DNA of 64,000 nt, taken from an uncultured Erysipelotrichaceae bacterium (GTDB lineage Bacteria; Bacillota_I; Bacilli_A; RFN20; CAG-826). A model generated the notes under the pieces. That model ran no database searches and was not told the origin of the DNA. It saw only the letters and a program-made list of their open reading frames with translations. Below, one piece after another: positions 29,906 through 38,626 of this stretch. Where the stretch lies: positions 81,920-145,919 of the forward strand of contig ONAT01000001.1 of NCBI GenBank assembly GCA_900315885.1, in the 5' to 3' direction. The position numbers and the translations under genes are program-made. Positions within the stretch are counted from its first letter, which is position 1; every line of letters begins with the position of its first letter.

Positions 29906-30025
29906 TAATTTTACTTTTTCTATTTTTCTACCTCGCTTTTAATTTCATTAACTATTTTTATTTTATAAGATATGTAAATGGAATTAAATAATTTATGCGT
30001 ACAGCAGCAAATTGATATATCTACA

Positions 30026-30058
30026 TAAAGAAAAAGTTGATACTTTTGGTATCAACTT
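30026..30058 (-). terminator. Rho-independent terminator of the tRNA operon
   Basis: On the minus strand: AAGTTGATAC-CAAAA-GTATCAACTT followed by TTTTCTTT. Confidence 0.65.
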
Positions 30059-30071
30059 ATTTACTCTACGA

Positions 30072-30158
30072 TGGTGCCCGGGACCGGAATTGAACCGGTA
30101 TGGTATTGCTACCGCAGGATTTTAAGTCCTGTGCGTCTACCTATTCCGCCACCTGGGC
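30072..30158 (-). tRNA. tRNA-Leu (anticodon UAA), type II with long variable arm, CCA encoded
   Basis: Hand-folded cloverleaf with anticodon loop CTTAAAA and T-loop TTCAATT. There is one A5-C68 mismatch in the acceptor stem. Confidence 0.9.
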
Positions 30159-30165
30159 ATCAAGA

Positions 30166-30241
30166 TGGTGACTCGCCGGAGATTCGAACTCCGGACCCCT
30201 TGATTAAAAGTCAAGTGCTCTACCGACTGAGCTAGCGAGTC
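30166..30241 (-). tRNA. tRNA-Lys (anticodon UUU), CCA encoded
   Basis: GACTCGCTAGCTCAGTCGGTAGAGC..., anticodon loop CTTTTAA, acceptor GACTCGC/GCGAGTC. Confidence 0.95.
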
Positions 30242-30247
30242 ATATAT

Positions 30248-30323
30248 TGGCTGGGGTAACTGGGATCGAACCAGTGAAATGACAGAGTCAAAGTCTGTTG
30301 CCTTACCGCTTGGCTATACCCCA
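30248..30323 (-). tRNA. tRNA-Gln (anticodon UUG), CCA encoded
   Basis: TGGGGTATAGCCAAGCGGTAAGGC..., anticodon loop CTTTGAC, acceptor TGGGGTA/TACCCCA. Confidence 0.95.
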
Positions 30324-30330
30324 ATAAGGA

Positions 30331-30414
30331 TGGTGGAGGAAGGTGGATTTGAACCACCGAACCCTAAGGAACTGATTTACAGTCAGCCGCGTTTGGCCGC
30401 TTCGCTATTCCTCC
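30331..30414 (-). tRNA. tRNA-Tyr (anticodon GUA), long variable arm, CCA encoded
   Basis: GGAGGAATAGCGAAGCGG..., anticodon loop CTGTAAA, acceptor GGAGGAA/TTCCTCC. Confidence 0.95.
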
Positions 30415-30435
30415 ACGAAGTTACTCTACACATAA

Positions 30436-30511
30436 TGGTGGATGTTGAGGGGATCGAACCCCCGACCTCTACCTTGTAAGGGTAATGCTCTCCCAGCTGA
30501 GCTAAACATCC
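30436..30511 (-). tRNA. tRNA-Val (anticodon UAC), CCA encoded
   Basis: GGATGTTTAGCTCAGCTGGGAGAGC..., anticodon loop CTTACAA, acceptor GGATGTT/AACATCC. Confidence 0.95.
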
Positions 30512-30534
30512 GCATATTGATTACGCGCTTTTAT

Positions 30535-30563
30535 AATATAACATCCACTAAATAATTAGTCAA
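30535..30563 (-). promoter_or_regulatory. Sigma-A promoter of the tRNA operon
   Basis: On the minus strand: TTGACT (30563-30558), a 17-nt spacer, then TATATT (30540-30535), about 25 nt upstream of tRNA-Val. Confidence 0.6.
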
Positions 30564-30621
30564 TAATTTTTGTTGAAAAATTCCGTTTTGTGAAATATTG
30601 TTCGTTTTATACTAACTGTGA

Positions 30622-30656
30622 TAAAAAAGAAGGAAAGTTGTGGAGCTTTCCTTCTT
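30622..30656 (-). terminator. Rho-independent terminator downstream of pgi
   Basis: 11-bp stem AAGAAGGAAAG / CTTTCCTTCTT followed by T6 on the minus strand. Confidence 0.7.
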
Positions 30657-30665
30657 ATTAATGTT

Positions 30666-32324
30666 CTAGTAACCTTTCTTTCCTAATAAGTGGAACATAT
30701 TCTTTTTATAGATTTCTACACCTGGTTGATTGAATGGGTTGATTTCTAATAAATATGCGGACATTGCGCATGCACGCATGAAGAAGTAGAACAAGCCACC
30801 TAAACTATATGCATCCATTTTATCAACAGAAATGATAATGTTTGGAACATGACCGTCTTCTTCATGAGCTTTTAATGTTCCTTGCATTGCTTGTTCATTA
30901 ACGAATGATAACTTTTTACCTTCAAGATAATTTAAGCCATCAAGATTTGCATCATCATGAGGGACTTCAATATCGATAAATGGTTTATTTACTTTAATGA
31001 TTGTCTCAAACAAAATTGGGGAACCATCTTGAATAAATTGTCCAAGTGAATGCAAGTCAGTAGAGAATGTGACAGATCCAGGGAATAAACCTTTCTTTTC
31101 TTTTCCTTCTGATTCACCAAATAATTGTTTTAACCATTCGCCAATTTGTGTTAAAGAAGGTTCATATGTTACAAATAATTCAACAGATTTATTGTGGTGA
31201 TAGAAGTAGTCACGAATTACAGCATATTGATAGCATTCATTAGTAGCTAAATCAGGATTGTTATATTTAATCATTGAATCTTTAGCACCTTTGAGCATTT
31301 CTTTAATGTCAACACCTGCACATGCGATTGGGAACAACCCAACAGCAGTAAGGACGCTATATCTTCCACCAATATCATCAGGTAAGATAAATGTTTCATA
31401 ACCTTCAATATTGCAAAGTTCTTTTAAAGCACCACGTGCCTTGTCAGTAGTGGCAAATATTGCTTTTTTGCTTGCTTCTTCGCCGACTTGTTTGATTAAT
31501 AATTCACGAACAAGTCTAAAAGCAATGGATGTTTCAGTGGTTGTACCTGATTTTGAAATAACATTAATAGCAAATTTCTTTCCTTCTAAATATTTCATAA
31601 CTTGTGCAATATAAGTAGGAGAGAATGTTTGACCCAAATAAATAATTTTAAGTTTATCATCACTATATAAACCTTTAAGAGCGTCGATAGCGGCACGTGC
31701 ACCTAAATAGGAACCGCCGATACCACATACAACTAATATATCAAAATTATTTCTAACATATTCAGCGCATTTAATCATTCTTTCGACTTCTTCTTTGTTA
31801 TAATCTTCCGGCCAAGTTGTCCAGCCTAAGAAGTCATTACCTAATCCTGTTTTTTCGTTAATTTTTTTGTTTATTTCTTTGACTTTTTCAGCGTAATTTT
31901 GCATATCGACTTTGTCGATGATGTGTGTAAAATCTGTTTTAATCATATTATTTTCCTCCAATGATTCATTTATCCAACCGTCAAGGTGGTTTCTTAATAT
32001 TTCAAAATCCTTATCATCATGCCTTATTTTTACTCTTTTAGGTTTATTAAAAGATAAAGGATTTTTAATTTGTTGTCTTTCACGGTCATTAACAGCTTTT
32101 AAAGATAATTTTAAATAGTTATTCTTTTCTTCAAAACCGAGAACTTTAACACGGATAGTCTCGCCAATCTTAACATAATCTTCAATATTTTTTACAAATC
32201 TTGATGATATTTCTGAAATGTGGATAAGACCAGTTTGCCCGTTATCTAATGAAACAAAAGCCCCATAATTTTGAATGCCTGTTACTTTTCCGATTGCTAT
32301 ATCATTTTCTTTATAAATCTTCAT
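30666..32324 (-). CDS. pgi: In-frame fusion ORF: GSP13/YugI-like S1 RNA-binding protein (aa 1-126) + glucose-6-phosphate isomerase (aa 127-552)
   Basis: S1 domain IGKVTGIQNYGAFVSL..GLIHISE plus a GSP13-like tail DFEILRNHLDGWINES. It is followed with no stop by MIKTDF...GNDFLGWTTWP...CGIGGSYLGARA, a Bacillus-type Pgi from its first residue. An internal GGAGG (31959-31955) lies 8 nt upstream of ATG 31946. Confidence 0.9.
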   Translation of the reverse strand: MKIYKENDIAIGKVTGIQNYGAFVSLDNGQTGLIHISEISSRFVKNIEDYVKIGETIRVKVLGFEEKNNYLKLSLKAVNDRERQQIKNPLSFNKPKRVKIRHDDKDFEILRNHLDGWINESLEENNMIKTDFTHIIDKVDMQNYAEKVKEINKKINEKTGLGNDFLGWTTWPEDYNKEEVERMIKCAEYVRNNFDILVVCGIGGSYLGARAAIDALKGLYSDDKLKIIYLGQTFSPTYIAQVMKYLEGKKFAINVISKSGTTTETSIAFRLVRELLIKQVGEEASKKAIFATTDKARGALKELCNIEGYETFILPDDIGGRYSVLTAVGLFPIACAGVDIKEMLKGAKDSMIKYNNPDLATNECYQYAVIRDYFYHHNKSVELFVTYEPSLTQIGEWLKQLFGESEGKEKKGLFPGSVTFSTDLHSLGQFIQDGSPILFETIIKVNKPFIDIEVPHDDANLDGLNYLEGKKLSFVNEQAMQGTLKAHEEDGHVPNIIISVDKMDAYSLGGLFYFFMRACAMSAYLLEINPFNQPGVEIYKKNMFHLLGKKGY

Positions 32325-32330
32325 TACTAT

Positions 32331-33020
32331 CTACTTCCTTATCAATGCTTCTAGCAAATCTAAATCTTGAATGGTCGTAACTTTAAAATTAGTTTTTGAA
32401 CCTTCGACAAGATAAAAGTTTTTATTAATTAATTTTACGAGTTGAGCATCGTCGCTAGCGTTTTTAATGCTATTTTGTATAGCTTTTTTATGTGCTCGAT
32501 AAATAACGCTATAAGTAAATGCTTGTGGTGTTTGAATACTCATTAGTTCATCACGTGGCACAATATCAACAAATTTGTTACGTTTAGTCACTTTAGCAGT
32601 TGTGTCAAATACTTTACTTCCAAGAGTAGCGGCTTTATGCTTTTTAGCACACTCAATCAAACGATTTACATCATCGTTTTTAACTAATGGTCTGGCACTA
32701 TCATGAATTAAAATAATATCATCTTTATTAGCGAATCCGTGTAAAGCCATTAAAGCGTTATAGGTTGATTCTTGGCGATATTTGCCACCTTTAACAAGCA
32801 TATGAACTTTATCCAAATTATATTTATCAATTAAGTCATAAATTTTAGCAAAATATTTCTTTTTTGTGACAATTATAATTTCATCAATGTTTTTATTTGC
32901 GTTAAAAGTTTGAAGTGAATAGCAAATAAGAGGCTTACCTAATACATCAATAAATTGTTTTGGTGTACTAGTTCCCATTCTTTTACCTGAGCCAGATGCT
33001 AATACGATTATATAATTCAT
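32331..33020 (-). CDS. ispD: 2-C-methyl-D-erythritol 4-phosphate cytidylyltransferase
   Basis: VLASGSGKRMG..PKQF and IHDSARP motifs. Confidence 0.9.
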   Translation of the reverse strand: MNYIIVLASGSGKRMGTSTPKQFIDVLGKPLICYSLQTFNANKNIDEIIIVTKKKYFAKIYDLIDKYNLDKVHMLVKGGKYRQESTYNALMALHGFANKDDIILIHDSARPLVKNDDVNRLIECAKKHKAATLGSKVFDTTAKVTKRNKFVDIVPRDELMSIQTPQAFTYSVIYRAHKKAIQNSIKNASDDAQLVKLINKNFYLVEGSKTNFKVTTIQDLDLLEALIRK

Positions 33021-33107
33021 GTAATCACCTCGCGAAAATATTATAGAACAAAAATCAGCCTAAAAAAAGCGATAAATCAAGAAGTGAATAGATTTTCTTA
33101 TTCAAAA

Positions 33108-33131
33108 CAAAAAAAGCACATTATTGTGCTT
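33108..33131 (-). terminator. Rho-independent terminator
   Basis: On the minus strand: AGCACA-ATAAT-GTGCTT followed by T7. Confidence 0.6.
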
Positions 33132-33964
33132 TATTTGTGTTCACTTAATTTTGTTTCAACAGTGGTTAATTCATTAGTGATTGCAACAGAGTTTATAACG
33201 AGTTTAATAACTTTCTCTAATTGGCTGTTACTAGAATAATCAGCTTTACAGATAAAGTTGACACGGTTTTCGTTATATAGTTCCATAGCTTTATCTTTGG
33301 AATCTTTAGTGTAGATAGCAATAGATTTACCACCGCTTTCTTTTACTAGAGCCATACATGGAATATCAGTCATTCCATCTCCTAAGTAAACGATATTTTG
33401 GAAAGGAACGCGTTTTGTATTAATACGTTTATTAACGTTGCTATCATCAGTAACATCAAGAACACCTTTGGTGATTCGATAGATGAATTGAGTTTTAGCA
33501 GTGTAGTTAATAGTTAATTTAGGCCAAATTGGTAAGCCATCTTCTCCGAAAAGGAATTCACAACCATAAATAGCTTTAAATTGATCGGCGATAGCGCATC
33601 CATCAATAATTTCTTTTGTTCCAGAAGAAACGAGATAGTGCTCAACTTGAATGCCAAGAGATTCACCATATTCATTAATTCTCTTAAACCAAGTAAGAAC
33701 GCCAGGATAGAATTTAATATCTTTTCCGAGTCCTTTTAAATATTCTTTTGTTAAATTAATACCTTTATCCTTAGCTAGTTTAATCATCATATACATGTAA
33801 GAAAGAATTCTTTCAACATTTGTTTTTTCTGAAAAAGCAGAAGTGGCGCCCCAGAATTCTTCTGGAGTCATACCTAACGCAGGAATAAAAGAGTAGTTTT
33901 GCATATCTTCACTACAAAGTGTTTTATCAAAATCATAAACTATAGCAACAATGGGCTTTTTCAT
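33131..33964 (-). CDS. HAD-superfamily hydrolase
   Basis: DFDKTL (motif I) and GDGMTD (motif IV). The start is set at ATG 33964, 8 nt after GGAGG; the track start adds 17 aa and has no RBS. Confidence 0.8.
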   Translation of the reverse strand: MKKPIVAIVYDFDKTLCSEDMQNYSFIPALGMTPEEFWGATSAFSEKTNVERILSYMYMMIKLAKDKGINLTKEYLKGLGKDIKFYPGVLTWFKRINEYGESLGIQVEHYLVSSGTKEIIDGCAIADQFKAIYGCEFLFGEDGLPIWPKLTINYTAKTQFIYRITKGVLDVTDDSNVNKRINTKRVPFQNIVYLGDGMTDIPCMALVKESGGKSIAIYTKDSKDKAMELYNENRVNFICKADYSSNSQLEKVIKLVINSVAITNELTTVETKLSEHK

Positions 33965-34046
33965 AATAAGTCCTCCAAGTAGAATAATTATACAAATAAA
34001 TGACAAAATAGTCAAATTATGGCGATTTTAAGGGTTATTTTACTTA

Positions 34047-34814
34047 TTAAGAGTATAATTTTCTTAAGATAAAAATAACTAAGCGACGAGGTAAAATTCT
34101 TTGTAAAAATATAAATAATTTATATGAAAAACCTACGGCGACACGAATAGGAGGATTTTTTGCTTTCATAACTTTTAATATTACTTTCGATACTTTGCGA
34201 GGAGAAGCCCCGTTTTGTTCATCTTTTTCCATCTTTTTTATTGATTTTGTGGCAATTTCATTATCCTTAATTGTAGTTTTTCTATTCGCGGTAAATCCTG
34301 TTTTAGTATCACCAGGTAAAATAGTGGTTACTTTAATTTTTTTATTATGAAGTTCAATACGTAAACACTCACTAAATTTATCAATCGCAGATTTACTCAT
34401 AGAGTAAAATCCTTGATAAGGAATGGTTAAATCACCAGCGACTGAGCCGATGTTTATTATTTTCCCACCATCTTTAATAAAAGGTAAAAATTCTTTTGTT
34501 ACCATAATGGTGCCCATAACATTAGTATCGAAAATAGTTTTTATATCGCTATAATTACTATCAATAACTGGACCAGCAATACCCATACCAGCGTTATTAA
34601 TTAGATAGTCTATTTGTTTTTCGTTTGCAATTATTTTAGAACAGGCTTCCTTAATTTGTTCTAAATTGGTTACATCACATTCAATAGAAGTAACGCCATT
34701 TATATCTATTTTTCTTCTTGATAAGCCATAAATTTTATAGCCTTTTGATGCTAGAAGAATAGATAGATCTTTACCAATTCCACTGCTTGCGCCAGTTATA
34801 ACTGCAACTAACAT
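34047..34814 (-). CDS. Short-chain dehydrogenase/reductase (SDR)
   Basis: TGASSGIG, NNAG and YxxxK (YSMSK) motifs. The start is set at ATG 34814 after GAGGAG. Confidence 0.9.
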   Translation of the reverse strand: MLVAVITGASSGIGKDLSILLASKGYKIYGLSRRKIDINGVTSIECDVTNLEQIKEACSKIIANEKQIDYLINNAGMGIAGPVIDSNYSDIKTIFDTNVMGTIMVTKEFLPFIKDGGKIINIGSVAGDLTIPYQGFYSMSKSAIDKFSECLRIELHNKKIKVTTILPGDTKTGFTANRKTTIKDNEIATKSIKKMEKDEQNGASPRKVSKVILKVMKAKNPPIRVAVGFSYKLFIFLQRILPRRLVIFILRKLYS

Positions 34815-34939
34815 ATAATCACTCCTCATTGGTTATTATAGTAAAAACTTTATGCAGGAAAATGTCAACATGAATGCTTTGTAATTTCTTGACTACAAGT
34901 ATAATAAAAAGATAAAATTATTAAAGGAGATGGTAAAAA

Positions 34940-35482
34940 ATGATTTTAACTCTATCACCTTTTTTAATTACCACAATTATTATTGTTAGCGTTATCCTAA
35001 TTTTATTTATATTTATCGAAGTTTTAGGCTTTGTTTTATTAAAGAAACATTCAGAACGAGTTGAAAAAAGAAACTACAATATGAATGTCTTATTAGCGCA
35101 AAAATACGATATTTTGGTGCTGCTTGCTAAAGTTTTTAAAAAATATCAAGTTGCAATTCCAAATGAATTTGAAGATGAATTATCACCAAAGATGGATGAA
35201 TCTTTGAAGCGCTTGACTTTAACTGAACGTTTGACTGTTAAAGCTTATTTAATGAAAGCATCACAAAATCTTTTATATTTTGCAGAAGCAAATCCTAAAG
35301 TCAAAGAAGACCAAGAATATAAAATTCTTAAAACATCTTTGCTAGAAATTGATAAAAATCATCGCAAAGCTATCGCATTATATAATGCAGATGCTTTAGG
35401 TTTTAACTATTGGATTCACTTTTGGATTTTAAGGCCTATTACAAAGATAGCGCACTTTGAAGATAAAGAAATTGTTTCATAA
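34940..35482 (+). CDS. Single-pass membrane protein, possibly LemA family
   Basis: N-terminal TM segment. The pattern ..YN....L..KYD.L..L..V.KKY... and the C-terminal YNADALGFNY resemble LemA. Confidence 0.45.
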   Translation: MILTLSPFLITTIIIVSVILILFIFIEVLGFVLLKKHSERVEKRNYNMNVLLAQKYDILVLLAKVFKKYQVAIPNEFEDELSPKMDESLKRLTLTERLTVKAYLMKASQNLLYFAEANPKVKEDQEYKILKTSLLEIDKNHRKAIALYNADALGFNYWIHFWILRPITKIAHFEDKEIVS

Positions 35483-35507
35483 AATCACTTCGGTGGTTTT
35501 TTCTTTT
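35483..35507 (+). terminator. Rho-independent terminator
   Basis: AATCAC-TTCG-GTGGTT followed by a T-run. Confidence 0.55.
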
Positions 35508-35580
35508 ATTTTGTTGAGCGTTTTACTTTTATTGCTTTTTTAAATGTGTATAATATTTAATCGGAAGAGGTGTTTAATTT

Positions 35581-37179
35581 ATGAATAAATTACCAATAGT
35601 TTTAACAATTATGGATGGCTATGGAATTCGCAAGGAAACATATGGTAACGCCATTGCGGAAGCACGTAAGCCACACATTGATATGCTCATGAAAAAGTAT
35701 CCAATGACTTTGATTGAAGCATCAGGAGAATATGTCGGTTTGCCAGAAGGACAAATGGGAAACTCAGAAGTAGGACATTTAAATTTAGGAGCAGGAAGAA
35801 TAGTTTATCAATCTTTATCTTTATTAAACAAAGCTGTTAAAGATGGAACATTCTACAAGAATGAGCACTATTTAGACGCTATTAAACATGTTAAAGAAAA
35901 TAAATCTCATTTGCACATTATGGGTTTACTATCTGATGGTGGTGTTCACTCACACATCAATCACATTATTGCAATGATTAGAATGGCAAAAAGAGAAGGC
36001 TTAGATGATGTTTTTGTTCATGCATTTATGGATGGAAGAGATGTTGATCCTCAAGTAGGGGCAACATATGTTAAACAAATCATGGATGTTATGGAGGAAG
36101 AACATTTTGGTCATTTAGCAGATATATCAGGAAGATATTATGCTATGGATAGAGATAAGAACTTAGATCGTAATGATGTTGCTTATCGTGTTATGGTTGA
36201 CCATGATGGACCAAGCTTTGATGATTATAAAGAATTCTTTAAAGAACAATATGCTTATCTTCCAACAACTGGAAAAGATGCTTCTGATGAATTTATTGTC
36301 CCTCATTACAATGCGAAAGTTGATGGAAGAATTAAAGATAATGATGCTGTTATCTTTATGAACTTTAGACCTGATAGAGCTATTCAAATTGGCACTATTA
36401 TCTCAAATCCATACTTCTATGAACATCCAAGCAAAAAAGAAGATGGCACTTTAGCTTATAAACCTTACGTACCAAAACATGTTTTAAAGAATATTTTCTT
36501 TGTTTCAACAATGAAATATGCTGATTCTGTAAAAGGTGAAATTGCCTTCCATTTACCAACATTAAATAATACATTTGGCGAATGGCTAGCTAATAACAAT
36601 TATCACCAATTACGTATTGCCGAAACTGAAAAATATGCACACGTTACATTCTTCTTTGATGGCACTATTAACTATGATGGTGTCGAAAGACCAGAATTAA
36701 AGAATTGCCGTCGTGTATTAGTAAATTCACCAAAAGTTGCAACATATGATTTACAACCAGAAATGTCCGCATATGAAGTAACTGATAAATTACTCAAAGA
36801 ATTAGATAAGAAAGATTTAGATGTAGTAATTTTAAACTTTGCAAACTGCGATATGGTTGGCCATACTGCTGTTGAACCTGCAGTTGTCAAAGCTGTTGAA
36901 ACAGTTGATGAGTGTGTTGGTAGAATTTATGATTACTTACAAAAGAATGGCGGCACAATGGTTTTAACTGCAGACCATGGTAATGCTGAAATTATTAAAG
37001 ATGAAGAAGGCAGACCATTTACTGCTCATACAACAAGTAAAGTACCTGTTGTCATCACGATTCCGGGCTTAAAACTTCGTAAAGATGGTAAATTATCTAA
37101 TATAGCTCCTACAATTATTGATTTATTAGGTGCTAAAAAGCCTGTTGAAATGACAGAAGATAGTTTAATTATCAAATAG
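35581..37179 (+). CDS. gpmI: 2,3-bisphosphoglycerate-independent phosphoglycerate mutase
   Basis: ILDGYG-like motif (TIMDGYG), GNSEVGHLNLGAGR and ADHGNAE. Confidence 0.95.
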   Translation: MNKLPIVLTIMDGYGIRKETYGNAIAEARKPHIDMLMKKYPMTLIEASGEYVGLPEGQMGNSEVGHLNLGAGRIVYQSLSLLNKAVKDGTFYKNEHYLDAIKHVKENKSHLHIMGLLSDGGVHSHINHIIAMIRMAKREGLDDVFVHAFMDGRDVDPQVGATYVKQIMDVMEEEHFGHLADISGRYYAMDRDKNLDRNDVAYRVMVDHDGPSFDDYKEFFKEQYAYLPTTGKDASDEFIVPHYNAKVDGRIKDNDAVIFMNFRPDRAIQIGTIISNPYFYEHPSKKEDGTLAYKPYVPKHVLKNIFFVSTMKYADSVKGEIAFHLPTLNNTFGEWLANNNYHQLRIAETEKYAHVTFFFDGTINYDGVERPELKNCRRVLVNSPKVATYDLQPEMSAYEVTDKLLKELDKKDLDVVILNFANCDMVGHTAVEPAVVKAVETVDECVGRIYDYLQKNGGTMVLTADHGNAEIIKDEEGRPFTAHTTSKVPVVITIPGLKLRKDGKLSNIAPTIIDLLGAKKPVEMTEDSLIIK

Positions 37180-37198
37180 TTAATTAATTGCATAAATA

Positions 37199-37231
37199 GC
37201 GTAAAACTTTCTGGTTTTGCGTTATTTTTTT
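37199..37231 (+). terminator. Rho-independent terminator between gpmI and eno
   Basis: CGTAAAAC / GTTTTGCG stem followed by TTATTTTTTT. Confidence 0.6.
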
Positions 37232-37256
37232 ATAATTACGATAATACTAATTTCGG

Positions 37257-38531
37257 GTGATTAAATTGAAATTAGAAAGATTATATGCATTACAAGTATT
37301 TGACTCACGAAGTGAACCAACGTTAAAAGTTTTTGCGGAAGCAAATGAAGAAATAGCAAGTGCCATAGTTCCCAAAGGTGCTTCAACTGGAAAAAAAGAG
37401 GCTTTTGAACTAATAGATAAAAAAACTGATTTTGATGGCTTAGGCGTAGAAAAAGCTGTGTCCTTCATTAATGATAAGATTTTTAATTTGCTTAAAGATA
37501 TAGATATTTTTAAACAAAGTGAAATTGATAACGCGATGTTAAAGTTAGACAAAACTAAGTATAAAACTAGTATAGGTGGTAATACAATGTTAGGAGTCTC
37601 TTTAGCAATATCACGTCTTGCTTCTAGAATTAAAAATATTGAACTTTATAAATATTTAGGTGGAATAAATGCTTTTACATTACCAATGCCGATGTTTAAC
37701 GTTTTAAATGGTGGAAAACACGCAAGTAACGGACTAAGTATTCAAGAAATAATGCTTGTGCCTATAGGAGCGAAAACATTTAAAGAAGCTTATGAATTTG
37801 GTGTTAAAGTATATCGCGAATTAAAGAAAATATTGTTAGACAAGAATATTTCTACCTCATTAGGTGATGAAGGTGGATTTGTTGTACCTTTTAAAAAGAC
37901 AAGTGAAGCACTAAAACTTATTAAAAAAGCGACAGAAAACGCTAGTCTAGTTTTTGGAAAAGATATTTATATATCGCTTGATGTCGCTGCGAATTCATTT
38001 TATGAAAGAGACAAATATTTGTTTGAAGGCAAGAACCTAAATTCTCTTGAAATGATTGATTTTTATATGCAATTATGCAAAAAATATCCGATTTTATCTA
38101 TTGAAGACGGATTAGCAGAAGAAGATAATAATTGGAATGAATTATATAAAAAACTTGGCAACAATGTGCTTATTGTTGGCGATGATTTGTTTGCTACGAA
38201 CAAAGAATTACTCGCAAAAGGCATAAAGAATCAAGTGGCAAACGCGATGGTTATTAAACTCAATCAAATCGGAACATTAAGTGAGACTTTAGAGACAATT
38301 CATTTAGCAAATAAGGCAAATGTATTTACTATTGTCTCGCATCGATCAGGAGATTCTGAAGACGATTATATTGCCGATTTAGCAGTGGGAGTAAACTCAT
38401 TGTTCATTAAGTCTGGCGCTCCAGCAAGAAGTGAAAGAACTAGTAAGTACAATAGGCTTTTAGAGATAGAAAACGAGTTGAATTCTAGTAGTGAATTCGC
38501 AGGTAGTTTTATTCGCAAGTATTTAGTATGA
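37257..38531 (+). CDS. eno: Enolase (divergent)
   Basis: All catalytic blocks are present: GASTG, GDEGGF, DVAA, SIEDG, GDDL, KLNQIGT, SHRSGDSED and KSGAPARSER. It has a GTG start with a weak RBS. It is visibly more divergent than typical enolases. Confidence 0.85.
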   Translation: MIKLKLERLYALQVFDSRSEPTLKVFAEANEEIASAIVPKGASTGKKEAFELIDKKTDFDGLGVEKAVSFINDKIFNLLKDIDIFKQSEIDNAMLKLDKTKYKTSIGGNTMLGVSLAISRLASRIKNIELYKYLGGINAFTLPMPMFNVLNGGKHASNGLSIQEIMLVPIGAKTFKEAYEFGVKVYRELKKILLDKNISTSLGDEGGFVVPFKKTSEALKLIKKATENASLVFGKDIYISLDVAANSFYERDKYLFEGKNLNSLEMIDFYMQLCKKYPILSIEDGLAEEDNNWNELYKKLGNNVLIVGDDLFATNKELLAKGIKNQVANAMVIKLNQIGTLSETLETIHLANKANVFTIVSHRSGDSEDDYIADLAVGVNSLFIKSGAPARSERTSKYNRLLEIENELNSSSEFAGSFIRKYLV

Positions 38532-38626
38532 ATTTGCTAGATATTTAGGAAATTAAAATATTGTTAAAATAGTATGAATTCTAGTGTTTTTGTAGTATAA
38601 TCATTACGAAAAAGAGGTTGATAATT

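Noticed and set aside
30072-30158. An A5-C68 mismatch in the acceptor stem of tRNA-Leu(UAA), considered as a sign of a pseudogene.
   Set aside because: All other stems, the conserved loops and the encoded CCA are intact. Single acceptor-stem mismatches occur in functional tRNAs.
30279-30479. A 66-aa plus-strand ORF.
   Set aside because: It runs antisense across tRNA-Gln, tRNA-Tyr and tRNA-Val and is explained entirely by the tRNA genes.
37247-37552. A 101-aa minus-strand ORF overlapping the 5' end of eno.
   Set aside because: It is antisense to a frame with clear enolase motifs, and it has no RBS.
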